The position numbers and the translations under genes were made by a program. This document shows, one piece after another, positions 46,620-56,810 of a stretch of 64,000 nucleotides of DNA. Source of the stretch: Spirochaetia bacterium (GTDB lineage: Bacteria > Spirochaetota > Spirochaetia > SZUA-6 > Bin103); assembly GCA_965203515.1 (NCBI GenBank), contig OZ241907.1:2752001-2816000 (forward strand), read 5' to 3'. The notes beneath the pieces are model-generated. The model saw only the letters and a list, made by a program, of their open reading frames with translations. It ran no database searches and had not been told where the DNA came from. Each line of letters starts with the position of its first letter. Position 1 is the stretch's first letter.

Positions 46620-47430
46620 CGGTTTCCGGCGGTCCGGCGCAGGGCACCTGCAGGGGCGTCAGAGCCACGGCCCGGCCGTCATCGTCGAAACGAGCCAGCG
46701 CCCCTTGCAACTGCAGGTTCCGCCACGCGTCGGCCGACCGCTCGAAGATCCTCGTGCGCCACTTGCGTATCTCGATCTCCGGGTCGAGCCCGCCGACCGA
46801 GTCGATGCTGCCGGTCCGCCCGCAGTGGGTGAGGGTGGCGGTGCCCTTGGCGCTGATCGCCGCGTCCGCTGACTGTACTCGCACGTGCGTACCGAATACC
46901 GCGCTCACCTTGCCGTCCATCCACACGCACATGTTGCGCTTCTCCGCGGTGGTGCACGCGTGGAAGTCGACGATGGTGATCGGCGTCTCCGCGCGCCGCT
47001 CGGCGGCCAGCCGGTCGGCGGCGGCGAACGGGTTGGCGGCGTGCACTCGGTCGTAGCCGGCTTGACCGAGCAGGCACGCCACCGTTACGCGGGCGCCGCC
47101 GCGGGCGGTGACGGTCACCCATCCTCGCCCCGGGTTGCTGCGCGGATAGTTGAGCGGGCGCAGCACGTAGCGGACATCCTGCAGGTAGGGCACCATGTCG
47201 CGCTTGTAGTAGATACACTCGCCGGACGTGATCACGTCCACGCCGAGCTTATGGAGGTAGGCGGCATGCCGCTTGCCGATCCCGAAGCCGCCGGTGGCTC
47301 CGTCGCCGTTGGCGATCGTCAGGTCGACCTGATGCGTGCGGCGCAGGCCGGCCAGCAAGCTCTTGACGCAGAACACGCCCGCCTTGCCGACGACGTCGGC
47401 GATGAACAGGACGGTAGTGGTGCGCGGCAC
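46603..47430 (-). CDS. YmdB-family metallophosphoesterase-like protein with degenerate metal ligands
   Basis: FIADVVGKAG, RPLNYP..NPG.G, VDFHA.TTAEK, GTH..VQSAD, G.TG. Confidence 0.85.
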   Translation of the reverse strand: MPRTTTVLFIADVVGKAGVFCVKSLLAGLRRTHQVDLTIANGDGATGGFGIGKRHAAYLHKLGVDVITSGECIYYKRDMVPYLQDVRYVLRPLNYPRSNPGRGWVTVTARGGARVTVACLLGQAGYDRVHAANPFAAADRLAAERRAETPITIVDFHACTTAEKRNMCVWMDGKVSAVFGTHVRVQSADAAISAKGTATLTHCGRTGSIDSVGGLDPEIEIRKWRTRIFERSADAWRNLQLQGALARFDDDGRAVALTPLQVPCAGPPETDAPAR

Positions 47431-47449
47431 GATCGGGCCAGGGTAACAG

Positions 47450-48643
47450 ATGTTGCCACGCCCTGATGACGACGCGGCGGCGTGGACGGCGCTGGTGCGC
47501 GCCGTGCACCGCGCGCCGGTGGCGGCCGTGCTGGAGCTGGCCGGCGCCGGCACCCAGGCGCTGGCGTGGCTGCACGCGGTCGGTGGGTCTTCCGCAACGG
47601 TCCTGGAGGCGCATGACCGCTACCACCCGGGCGCGCTGGCCGCGGCCCTCGGAGCCGTGCCGGACCGAGCCACCGATCCGGCGGTGGCGGCGGCGCTGGC
47701 CGCGGCGGCCTGGGAGCGCGCCGGGGGACTGGCCCCCGGCGGCGCGGTCGTCGGTCTTGGCTGTACTGCCGCGCTGGTCACCGGCCGGCCGCGGCGGGGC
47801 GCGCACGTCTGCCACGTCGCCGCGCACGACGGCCTGGGAGCGCGCCGATTCACGGTGCGGCTCGTCAAGGGGGCGCGCGACCGCGCCGGCGAGGAGGCGG
47901 TCGCGGGCCGGCTGGTGCTGCTGGCGCTGGCGGCTGCGGCGGGCGTCGATCCCGTCGACGTGCCGCCGTGGCCGGGACCGGAACCGGTACGGGTCGCCTT
48001 CGACGCCGGGCCGGAGCTGACGAAGCTCTTGGCGGCGGGCGCCCGCGCCGTGTGCCGTCAGGCAGACGGCGCCGTGCTGGTCGATCCGCCGGCGCCGCGC
48101 CGGTCGCGGGTCGGCGCGCTCCTGTCGGGCGCCTTCGATCCCGCGCACGACGGCCATCGCGGGATGGCGGCGGCGGCCGCTCAGTTCCTGGGCATGGAGG
48201 TGTCGTACGAGCTGCCGGTGCTCAATGCCGACAAGTCGCCGCTCGACGCGGCCGAGGCGCACCGCCGCGCGGCGCAGTTCACCGGTTGGGCGGAGCTGTG
48301 GTTGACGCGCGCCGCGCTCTACACCGACAAGGCGGCCCTGTTTCCGGGGGCGGTGTTCGTGGTCGGCGCCGACACCGCCGAGCGCGTGCTGCAACCGCGC
48401 TTCTACGGCGGCGAGCGGCAGATGCGCAGGGCGGTGGCCGCCATCGGCGAGGCCGGCTGCCGGTTTCTGGTTGCGGCCCGGCCGCAGCCGGCCGGCCTGT
48501 TGACGCTCGGCCGGTTGCGGGTGCCGGCGGCGCTGCGCCCGCTGTTCTGCGAGCTGCCGGCCGACCGGTTCTGCATGGACCGCTCATCGAGCCGGATCAG
48601 GGACGAGCTGGCGGCGCGTGCGCGCGGTTCCGAAGCCGTTTAG
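47450..48643 (+). CDS. CinA/PncC-like domain fused to a NadD-like HxGH nucleotidyltransferase
   Basis: N-terminal AGAG..ALAWL..V.GSS.TVLEA. C-terminal SGAFDPAHDGH, NADK, VVGADT, SSSRIR. Confidence 0.75.
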   Translation: MLPRPDDDAAAWTALVRAVHRAPVAAVLELAGAGTQALAWLHAVGGSSATVLEAHDRYHPGALAAALGAVPDRATDPAVAAALAAAAWERAGGLAPGGAVVGLGCTAALVTGRPRRGAHVCHVAAHDGLGARRFTVRLVKGARDRAGEEAVAGRLVLLALAAAAGVDPVDVPPWPGPEPVRVAFDAGPELTKLLAAGARAVCRQADGAVLVDPPAPRRSRVGALLSGAFDPAHDGHRGMAAAAAQFLGMEVSYELPVLNADKSPLDAAEAHRRAAQFTGWAELWLTRAALYTDKAALFPGAVFVVGADTAERVLQPRFYGGERQMRRAVAAIGEAGCRFLVAARPQPAGLLTLGRLRVPAALRPLFCELPADRFCMDRSSSRIRDELAARARGSEAV

Positions 48644-48717
48644 CTCGGCTTGCGCGGGCGTTTAGCGCCGACCCGGACTATGGTACGGCACGCTCCTGCG
48701 CTCAGGCAGGCGGGCAG

Positions 48718-50025
48718 ATGGCGATGGCTGAGAGCAGGATCGTAGATACCGACAAGGTCAAGGCGTACCGTCCGCCGGGCCAGCGACGGCAGTGGCGCCT
48801 GGTGCTGCTGGTAGGCGTGCTGGTAGTGGGACTGGCGGTGGCGGCGTACCTGGTGTTGGGCCCGCGGCAGGAGCTCTATACGCTGCGGTCGTACGACGCG
48901 GAGCAGGTGACGCGCGGCCGCCTGGTGCGGACCACTCAGGCCAGCGGCACCGTGGTCTTCCCCGTGCGGATGACGATGGTGAGCCCGGAGGCGGGATCGG
49001 CGAAGACCCTGCACGTGCAGGAAGGCGACCGGGTGACCGCCGGCCAGCCGCTGGCGGAGTTGGCCGCGGCCGACCTGGAGGAGACGCTCGACGACCTGCG
49101 GGCCGATCTGGCCGGCGCGGAACGGTCGCTGGCCAGGCAACGGCTGTTGAGCCGCGTCGACCTGGACCGCAAGCAGCGTCAGATCGATGACCTGGGGCGG
49201 GACATCGACGAATCGACCGCGGAGCGGGATGAGGTGCGGACGCTGGTAGCCGCCGAGGTGTCGACGCCGAGCGATCTGGAGGCGGCCGAGCGCGCCCTGC
49301 GGAGGCTGATCGACGACCGCGAGGAGCAGAGCCGGCAGCTCGCCGAGGACCGGGAGGTCGCGGCGCTGGACGATCAGGTGTCGCTGGCGGCGATCGCGGC
49401 GCAGCAGGTCGAGATCCGCCGCCAGCAGGACCGGATCGCGGCGATGACGATCGTCGCGCCGATCGACGGCGAGGTGCTGTCGGTGGAGGCGGCGCTCGGC
49501 GTTCCGGGCAGCGCCATCAACGACAACCAGGCGCTGTTCACGATCGCCGATCCGGACAGCGCGGTCATCGAGCTGGAGGTGCTGGAGCAGTACGCGGGAG
49601 CGCTGCGGATCGGCCAGCCGGTAGAGCTCGGCATCGGCTCGGTCGGCGTCACGGGGGCGGTGGCGGCGGTCGGCCGGGTCGCGCAGCAATCCCCGGACGG
49701 CCTGGGCGCCACGGTGCTGGTGCGGGTGCAGCCCGCTCCCGACTCCGGGCCGCTGTTGTCCGGGGCGACCGCCGTGGGGGTGATGGAGGTGGGCGTGACC
49801 GAAGGGGCGCTGCTGCTGCCGCGCGGTCCGTACCTCACCACCGGCAGTCAGCGATACCTGTACCGGATCGAAGGCGATCGCGCGGTCAAGGTCGCCGTCA
49901 CCTTCGGGCAGGTGGAAGGCAACCTCGTCGAGGTGCTGACCGGCGTGGAGGCCGGCGACCCGGTCATCGTGAGCGGCTATCAGAACTTTATCGAGCACGA
50001 CACCGTCATCATCGAAGGGTCGTGA
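48718..50025 (+). CDS. Efflux membrane-fusion (HlyD/MacA-like) periplasmic adaptor
   Basis: N-terminal TM, lipoyl halves VQEGDRV..GQPL and IVAPIDG.V, long coiled coil. Confidence 0.9.
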   Translation: MAMAESRIVDTDKVKAYRPPGQRRQWRLVLLVGVLVVGLAVAAYLVLGPRQELYTLRSYDAEQVTRGRLVRTTQASGTVVFPVRMTMVSPEAGSAKTLHVQEGDRVTAGQPLAELAAADLEETLDDLRADLAGAERSLARQRLLSRVDLDRKQRQIDDLGRDIDESTAERDEVRTLVAAEVSTPSDLEAAERALRRLIDDREEQSRQLAEDREVAALDDQVSLAAIAAQQVEIRRQQDRIAAMTIVAPIDGEVLSVEAALGVPGSAINDNQALFTIADPDSAVIELEVLEQYAGALRIGQPVELGIGSVGVTGAVAAVGRVAQQSPDGLGATVLVRVQPAPDSGPLLSGATAVGVMEVGVTEGALLLPRGPYLTTGSQRYLYRIEGDRAVKVAVTFGQVEGNLVEVLTGVEAGDPVIVSGYQNFIEHDTVIIEGS

Positions 50026-50042
50026 TCAGAGGGGAGCGACGG

Positions 50043-50749
<707 letters not shown>

Positions 50750-50753
<4 letters not shown>

Positions 50754-52177
50754 ACTACCGTGAAGATCTGCGCATGAGCGTGCGCTCGGTGATCGGCCGG
50801 CCGGCCGAGTCGGTGCTGCTGTCGCTGGGCGTGGCGCTGGCCGTCGGCGCGACCGCCGCCGGCATCGCGCTGGCCGGGCGCACCGCCGAGCAATCGCGTG
50901 AGCTGCTGTCGTCGCCGCGCTTTCGGGAGATCGTCGTGGCCGCACGGGAGGACGCGGACGAGATGGACCTGCCGGCGCAGGTGCAGTCCTCCACCGAGGT
51001 GGTGCTGCTCACCGCCGCCGATCTGGAGGCGCGGTCGGCCACGCAGGCGATCCGCTACGCCTACCTGGCCAACCGCACCGGCTTCCGCTTCGGCGAGAGC
51101 GGCTTCGGTCAAGGCGGCCCGGGCGGTCAGGCGCAGGGCGGTCAAGCGCAGGGCGGTCAGGCGCAGGCACAGGGCGGCCAAGCACAGGGCGGCCAAGCAC
51201 AGGGCGGCCAAGCACAGGGCGGTCAGGCACAGGGGCGGTCAGGCACAGGGGGCGGTCAGGCGGCGGGAGGCGGCCCGGGCGGCCAGTTCCAGCGGGTGGC
51301 GCCGCCCGAGGGACCGCAGCCGCAGATCGAGTTCGTCGAAGGCATGGAAGTCACGCCCGAGTTCTTCGACGCCTGGGGGCTGACGGCTGCGGCGGGCGAC
51401 GTGTTCCAGGCGGCCGATCTGGAACGGGACGAGCCGGTTCTGGTGCTCGGCTCGGAACTGGGCGCGACCCTGTTCGAGGACGGGCAGTCGCTGGGCCGGC
51501 AGGTGCTGGCGCGCAACCAGCTCTACCGGATCATCGGCGTCCTGGAGCCGACCGGCGGCGAGACGGACGGCCTTGCCTTCACGCCGGCGCGCATCGCCGC
51601 ACAGCAGTTCCAAGGCTTCCGCGGCCGTTTCCAGGCACTGCGGACCAATCTGCGGTTCATGGTAGGGGAGCCCGGCGACCTGGAGGAAGCGCGGGCGCAA
51701 CTGACCAACTGGTTCGACTCATCGCACGGGGTTGGCGCGGTGGCGATCAGCGTCCCGCGCGAGGAGGCGGAGGCGACCGCCGACCGCAACAGCCGGCTGG
51801 CCACGGTGATTCTGTTCCTGGCGCTGTCGGCACTGCTGATCGCGACGGTCAACGTCACCAACATCTTCTTCAGCCGCGCCGTCCGCAAGCGACGCCAAGT
51901 CGGCATCCTCAAGGCGGTCGGGGCGAGCATCCGCCAAGTCTTCACCGTCTTCTTCCTGGAGGCGCTGGCGATCGGCGCCGCAGGGGCGGCGGTCGGCTTC
52001 GGACTGTCGGCGCTGCTGTCGCGCCTGATGGAGCGGACCATCGGCTTCGGGGCGCTGCAGATCGGCCTGATCGTCCTTGGCGTGCTGGCGTCGTGGGCGA
52101 TCGTCGCCGTCTTCAACGTCGTGCCGGCGCAGGCGGCGGCGCGGGTGCCGGCCGCCGAGGCGATTCGTTACGAGTAA
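50750..52177 (+). CDS. MacB/FtsX-family ABC permease with a GGQAQ repeat insert
   Basis: TM1, periplasmic domain, then R.RQVGILKAVGA and three TMs. Ends P.EAIRYE. Confidence 0.9.
51122..51262 (+). repeat. 15-bp tandem repeat (about 9 units, GGQAQ)
   Basis: ggcgg(t/c)ca(g/a)gc(g/a)cag units. Confidence 0.95.
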
Positions 52178-52204
52178 ACGCGAGCGAGCGAAGGAGGAGA
52201 ACTC

Positions 52205-53515
52205 ATGCGTACGATCCGTTCCGTGCTGACCGGCCTGGCCCGTTCGCCGGTCAAGTCGTTCGTCACCCTGTCGACCGTGGGGCTGGGGGTGGGAGTGCTG
52301 ATCTTCGCGCTATCGATCAGCGGCGCCTTCAGCCGTCTGGTGTCCGATCAGCTCGAGCGGGGCGGTCTGGTGGTCATGGTGGCCAACGTCGAGCGGGACG
52401 AGGACGGCGCGCTGCAGCAGGTGCGGCCTCCGCAGTTCGACGGCAACGCCATCGACGCGCTGCGCACCGGCGTCTCCGGGGCGGTGGCCGCCAGCCCGGT
52501 CGCGTTCACGCCGTGGACGGAGTTCGTGGTCGCCGGCGCCAACTACCGATTCCGCAGCGTGGTCGGCGTGAACGAGGACTACCTGGACGTGATGGGGCTC
52601 GAGGTCGTCGCCGGCTCGGCCTTCACCGCGGCCGACATAGCCGAAGGCGTTCGCGCGGCGATGCTGTCCGAGACGATGGCCGAGGTGCTGTTCGGATCGC
52701 CGCTGGAGGCGCTCGGTCAGGTCATCCGGCCGCCCGCGTCGAGGCAAGGGGTGGGAGGCGGCGGCGGCGGATTCGGCCGAAACTTCACGCCGCCCACCTA
52801 TACGGTACGCGGGGTCTTCGGCGACCCGAGTGAGATTCAGCGCCGCGCCTACGGCGTGGGCGACATGATCGTGCCGATGACCTCGGCGTTTCCGAGCACC
52901 GTCAACGCCAGCCGGCTGGCCGGCGTCCTCAATTCACGCATCGCCCTGCGCGTCCGGGGCAGCGGCCTGGCGACCATCGAGAGTCAGGCGCGCGGCGCAG
53001 TCGCGCAGCAGTACGGCGACGGCGTGACGGTCGAGGTATGGGAAGGCCGGACGGACGGAGAGACGGCGGCGCTCGACGAGGCGCGCTCCACGGTGGCCAC
53101 CTTCTCGCTGGTGGTGAACCTGCTCGGCTTCGTGCTGCTGGTGACCGGCTGCATCGGCATCCTCAGCATCATGCTGGTAGAGGTGCTGGGCCGCACGCGC
53201 GAGATCGCCGTGGAACGGGCCGTCGGCGCGTCGCGGGGCATGATCGCGCGCGAGTTCTTCGCCCGCTCGCTGATCATGGTGGGCGCGGCGGCGGTGATCG
53301 GCGTGGCGCTGAGCCTGCTGCTGTCGGGGCCGCTCACGGAGCTGGTCGTGCCGATCTTTCGCGGCACCACGCAGGCCGAGCTCGGCGGCGCCGTGATCGA
53401 TCTTGCCGCGATCGCGATCGGCGTGGGCGCGGCGGTCGGCGCCGGCGGTCTGTTCGGAGTGCTGCCGGTCTTCTCCGCGTTGCGCGTGCCGATCGCCGAG
53501 GGCATGCGCGAGTAG
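52205..53515 (+). CDS. MacB/FtsX-family ABC permease
   Basis: GIL.IMLV.V..RTREIA..RAVGA. Confidence 0.9.
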   Translation: MRTIRSVLTGLARSPVKSFVTLSTVGLGVGVLIFALSISGAFSRLVSDQLERGGLVVMVANVERDEDGALQQVRPPQFDGNAIDALRTGVSGAVAASPVAFTPWTEFVVAGANYRFRSVVGVNEDYLDVMGLEVVAGSAFTAADIAEGVRAAMLSETMAEVLFGSPLEALGQVIRPPASRQGVGGGGGGFGRNFTPPTYTVRGVFGDPSEIQRRAYGVGDMIVPMTSAFPSTVNASRLAGVLNSRIALRVRGSGLATIESQARGAVAQQYGDGVTVEVWEGRTDGETAALDEARSTVATFSLVVNLLGFVLLVTGCIGILSIMLVEVLGRTREIAVERAVGASRGMIAREFFARSLIMVGAAAVIGVALSLLLSGPLTELVVPIFRGTTQAELGGAVIDLAAIAIGVGAAVGAGGLFGVLPVFSALRVPIAEGMRE

Positions 53516-53525
53516 CGCCGGCGCC

Positions 53526-54023
53526 CTAGGCGCCGGACGGGCGCGGCATGCTCAGCGTCTGCCAGTCCGCTGCCCGCGTGCGCGCCAGGTCGACGATCTG
53601 ACCCACGTGGTACGACGTGTGGGTCACCGCGCGCAGCAGCGCCTGCAGCACGGTGTGGGGCTCCCCGCGGATGGTGATCGTGCGCTGCAGGTCGGCCGGT
53701 TCGAGTTCCGCGAGCGCTCGGTCCAGGCATTCCCAGCCGGCGCGCCACTTGGCCAGTACCGCGTCCTTGTCGGCGACGTCGTTGCGGAACTCGGAGTCGC
53801 GGTCGCGGTCCGGCTTCTCGCCGTCGGTGGTGAGGAGATCGGTGAAGCGTGAGCGCAGGTTGCCGCCAAGGTGGCGCATGAGCATCGATACGCTGTTGCC
53901 GCGTTCGTCCGGCCGCCAAGCCAGGTCCTGGGCCGGCATCTGCGCCAAGGCGCGCTCCGCCTGCTCGCGCGCCTTGGCGAACTCGGCGGTGACGAAGCGG
54001 ATGAAGTCGGTGGCGGTATCCAT
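53526..54023 (-). CDS. DinB-superfamily (DUF1572-like) protein
   Basis: NSV..LMRHLGGNLRSRFTD.LTTDGEKP.RDRD.EF, HTSYHVGQI. Confidence 0.88.
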   Translation of the reverse strand: MDTATDFIRFVTAEFAKAREQAERALAQMPAQDLAWRPDERGNSVSMLMRHLGGNLRSRFTDLLTTDGEKPDRDRDSEFRNDVADKDAVLAKWRAGWECLDRALAELEPADLQRTITIRGEPHTVLQALLRAVTHTSYHVGQIVDLARTRAADWQTLSMPRPSGA

Positions 54024-54070
54024 GGGCCGGTATGGTGACACGTCCGGCGCGCGCGTCGCCAACCGGACGG

Positions 54071-54829
54071 TCAGCGGCGCACGCGGCGCATGAACTCCGC
54101 GGCGCCCGCCTGCAGCCACGCCTGCGCGCCGGTCAGCACGAACCGGGCGCCCTTGTCGACGCAGGAGGCGACGTCGTCGGTGGAGGTGAGGGCGCCGGCG
54201 ACTCGGCCCGCCGCCGCGATGCGGCGGATCGAGTCGTCGATCTTCGCCTGCACGTCCGGGTGCCCGTGGTTGCCGACGTGGCCCATCGAGGCTGCGAAGT
54301 CGGAGGGCGCCACGAAGAATACGTCGATATGGTCGACTTCCAGGATCTCGTCCAGGTTGCGGTAGGCGGCGATGTCCTCGATCAGGACGATCAGGCAGGT
54401 CTCGTCGTTGCCGCGTTCGGTGTGACCGGCGACGCCGTGGTACTGGCGGCCGGTGTACATGCCGCGGGCGCCGGCCGGCGCGAACTTGCCGCCACGCACC
54501 ACGTTCTCCGCCTCGGCGCGCGTATTGACGTGCGGGACGGCGATCGACTGGGCGCCGCGGTCCAGGGTGCGGTAGATCAGACCCTGGTGGTTGTCGTTGA
54601 CGCGGACCACGGAGGTCAGGCTCCAGAGGTCGCAGGCGCGCGTCAGGTTGCCCAGGTCGGCGGCGTCGACCGGCCCGTGCTCGCCTTCCAGCCAGATGCC
54701 GTCGATCCCCGTTGCCTCGGCGATCGGCCCGAACGCGTCGATGTCGTCCGCGCCGTTGATGCCGGACACCACGGCGGCGACCTCTCCGGCGGCCAGCTTG
54801 TGCTTGATGCGGTTCTTGCGCAGTTCCAT
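54071..54829 (-). CDS. HpcH/HpaI aldolase family protein
   Basis: LEGEHG, RTLDRGA...VPHV, G.RG, LIED, PSDF..SMG. Confidence 0.92.
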   Translation of the reverse strand: MELRKNRIKHKLAAGEVAAVVSGINGADDIDAFGPIAEATGIDGIWLEGEHGPVDAADLGNLTRACDLWSLTSVVRVNDNHQGLIYRTLDRGAQSIAVPHVNTRAEAENVVRGGKFAPAGARGMYTGRQYHGVAGHTERGNDETCLIVLIEDIAAYRNLDEILEVDHIDVFFVAPSDFAASMGHVGNHGHPDVQAKIDDSIRRIAAAGRVAGALTSTDDVASCVDKGARFVLTGAQAWLQAGAAEFMRRVRR

Positions 54830-54844
54830 GCCGCGACCGTAGCA
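54830..54844 (-). promoter_or_regulatory. Putative extended -10 box for a leaderless transcript
   Basis: TGC-TACGGT-N6-ATG(54829). Confidence 0.5.
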
Positions 54845-54878
54845 CGCCGGGCCGGGGCGCGGGCGCGGCGGTCGGTCC

Positions 54879-56060
54879 TCAGTCGGGGGTGAAATCGTGC
54901 GCGGAGGTGGTCTTGCGTTCGATGAAGTCCCAGTCGTAGCGGACGCCCAGACCGGGGTCGTCGGGGACCGGCACGCAGCCGTCGGCGCCCACCGCGTCGG
55001 GCTGGTCGCTGTACCGGTCGTACACGGGCGGGATCACGTTGGGCATGCCGGGCCCCATCAACGCCAGCTCGTACAGGTGGGTGTTGCGCAGCGCCGAGAT
55101 CACTGCGCGGTGGGCGGGCCCGCAGGCGTGCACCTGCAGGTCGAGGCCGAACGCTTCGCTGAGGTGGGCGATCTTCATGACGCCGGTGATGCCCAGGTCG
55201 TATTCGGGATCGGCGTGGATCATGTCGCAGCCGCCGGCGATCAGGAACGCCGCCTTCTGCTCCAGCGTGCGCACGTGCTCGGTGATCAGCAGCGGCGTGG
55301 ACAGCCGTTCGCGCAAACGGCGGTGCGCCTCGGCGGCGATGCCGGCGTCGCGGTACGGGTCTTCGTACCAGAAGCAGCCGACCTCGTCGCAGACGCGGCC
55401 GACCGCCAGCGCGTCGTTCCAGGTGCGGAGCTGGCAGGCGGGGTCGAGCATGAGGCGGAAGCGGTCGCCGACGCGGGCGCGGACGGCGCGCAGGTTCTCG
55501 ATCTCGCGCGTCACGTCGCCGTCGTTCCAGCCGTGGATCTTGAAGCCGGCGAAGCCGGCCGCCCGGCATTCGGCGGCGAAGTCCGCGAACGCCTGTGGGG
55601 AGTTCAATCCGCCGGGTCCGAGCTGGCCGTGGTAGGTGCTGGCGTAGGTCGGCAGCCGCTCGCGGAAGCCGCCCAGCAGCCGCGACACGGAGGTGCCCAG
55701 CCGCTTGCCGGCCAAGTCCCAGAGGGCGATGTCCAGCGCGCCGTGCCCCATGTGGTCATAGGCGCGCAGCTCGCGCTTCAGGTCGTCGTAGATACGCTCA
55801 CGCCGGTCCGGGTCGCGCCCGAGCAGCAGCGGCGCCAGCATCGCCGCCTGCGCCAGCGACGCCGGCGTACCGACCCAGTGCGTGACGTACTCCCCGCTGG
55901 CGCCGTCGTCGCAAGAGACGCGTACCGCGAAGCGGTGGGCGGTGAGGGCGGCGCCCTTGACGTACGCCATGTTGCCCACGCCGGCGGCGGCCTGCTCCAA
56001 CCCGATGTCGGCGACCTCGAAGGAGAACTCGCGAATCTGCACGCGATCGATCCGGCTCAT
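54879..56060 (-). CDS. Mandelate racemase/enolase superfamily enzyme
   Basis: DIALWDLAGK, YAST, FKIH, MLDP, WYEDP, TEH, VHACG. Confidence 0.9.
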   Translation of the reverse strand: MSRIDRVQIREFSFEVADIGLEQAAAGVGNMAYVKGAALTAHRFAVRVSCDDGASGEYVTHWVGTPASLAQAAMLAPLLLGRDPDRRERIYDDLKRELRAYDHMGHGALDIALWDLAGKRLGTSVSRLLGGFRERLPTYASTYHGQLGPGGLNSPQAFADFAAECRAAGFAGFKIHGWNDGDVTREIENLRAVRARVGDRFRLMLDPACQLRTWNDALAVGRVCDEVGCFWYEDPYRDAGIAAEAHRRLRERLSTPLLITEHVRTLEQKAAFLIAGGCDMIHADPEYDLGITGVMKIAHLSEAFGLDLQVHACGPAHRAVISALRNTHLYELALMGPGMPNVIPPVYDRYSDQPDAVGADGCVPVPDDPGLGVRYDWDFIERKTTSAHDFTPD

Positions 56061-56160
56061 CCTCACCCAGGATGCCCCGTCGACTCGGCCGGGTAAAGCC
56101 CGCGCGGTTGACCGAGAGGCTCCCCGAGGGGATTGTGTCGCTGCCGCGCTTGGCGTTCCT

Positions 56161-56808
56161 ATGCCGGTTCCTTCTCGCCCCAAGCTCTACCACATCACGC
56201 ACGGCGCCAATCTGCGGGCGATCATCGACTCCGGAGGTCTGCTCGCTGACAGCGAAGCGGTTCAAGGCAGACCGCCGAAGAGGATCGGCATGGCCGATGT
56301 GGTTGCCCGGCGCAAGCTGCTGCCTGTCCCCTGCCATCCGGCCACCCGGATCGGCGACTACGTGCCATTCTACTTCTGCCCGCGCTCGGTAATGCTCTAC
56401 GTGATCTTTCGTCGCAACCATCCAGGTCTCACCTACACCTCGGGGCAGGTCCCGATCGTGCACCTGGAAGCTGACCTGCATACCGTCGTGGAATGGGCTG
56501 ATGGCCAACGCGTGCCCTGGGCCTTCACGCTGTCGAACGCCGCCAAGAGCGAGGCGGAGTTCCGTCGCCGCCTTGACGATCTGAGTGACGTGAACTGGGA
56601 CGCGGTGAAGGCAAGTGATTGGAATGGCCCCTTGAAGGAGCCCAAGCAGGCGGAGTTCCTGGTGCACCGACGCCTACCTTGGTCGCTGATCGAGCGGATC
56701 GGGGTAATGGACGAGCGCGTGGCGCGCCGGGTGCTCCAGGTCACCGCCGGCGCAGCCGTTCGTGTTGAAGTGCGCGGCGCGTGGTACTATCGAGATGGAG
56801 CCCGGTAA
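56161..56808 (+). CDS. darT: DarT ssDNA thymidine ADP-ribosyltransferase toxin (DUF4433-type)
   Basis: LYHITH..NL..I...GL, DYVPFYF.PRS.MLY, SNAA, KQAEFLV (catalytic Glu). Confidence 0.93.
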   Translation: MPVPSRPKLYHITHGANLRAIIDSGGLLADSEAVQGRPPKRIGMADVVARRKLLPVPCHPATRIGDYVPFYFCPRSVMLYVIFRRNHPGLTYTSGQVPIVHLEADLHTVVEWADGQRVPWAFTLSNAAKSEAEFRRRLDDLSDVNWDAVKASDWNGPLKEPKQAEFLVHRRLPWSLIERIGVMDERVARRVLQVTAGAAVRVEVRGAWYYRDGAR

Positions 56809-56810
56809 GG

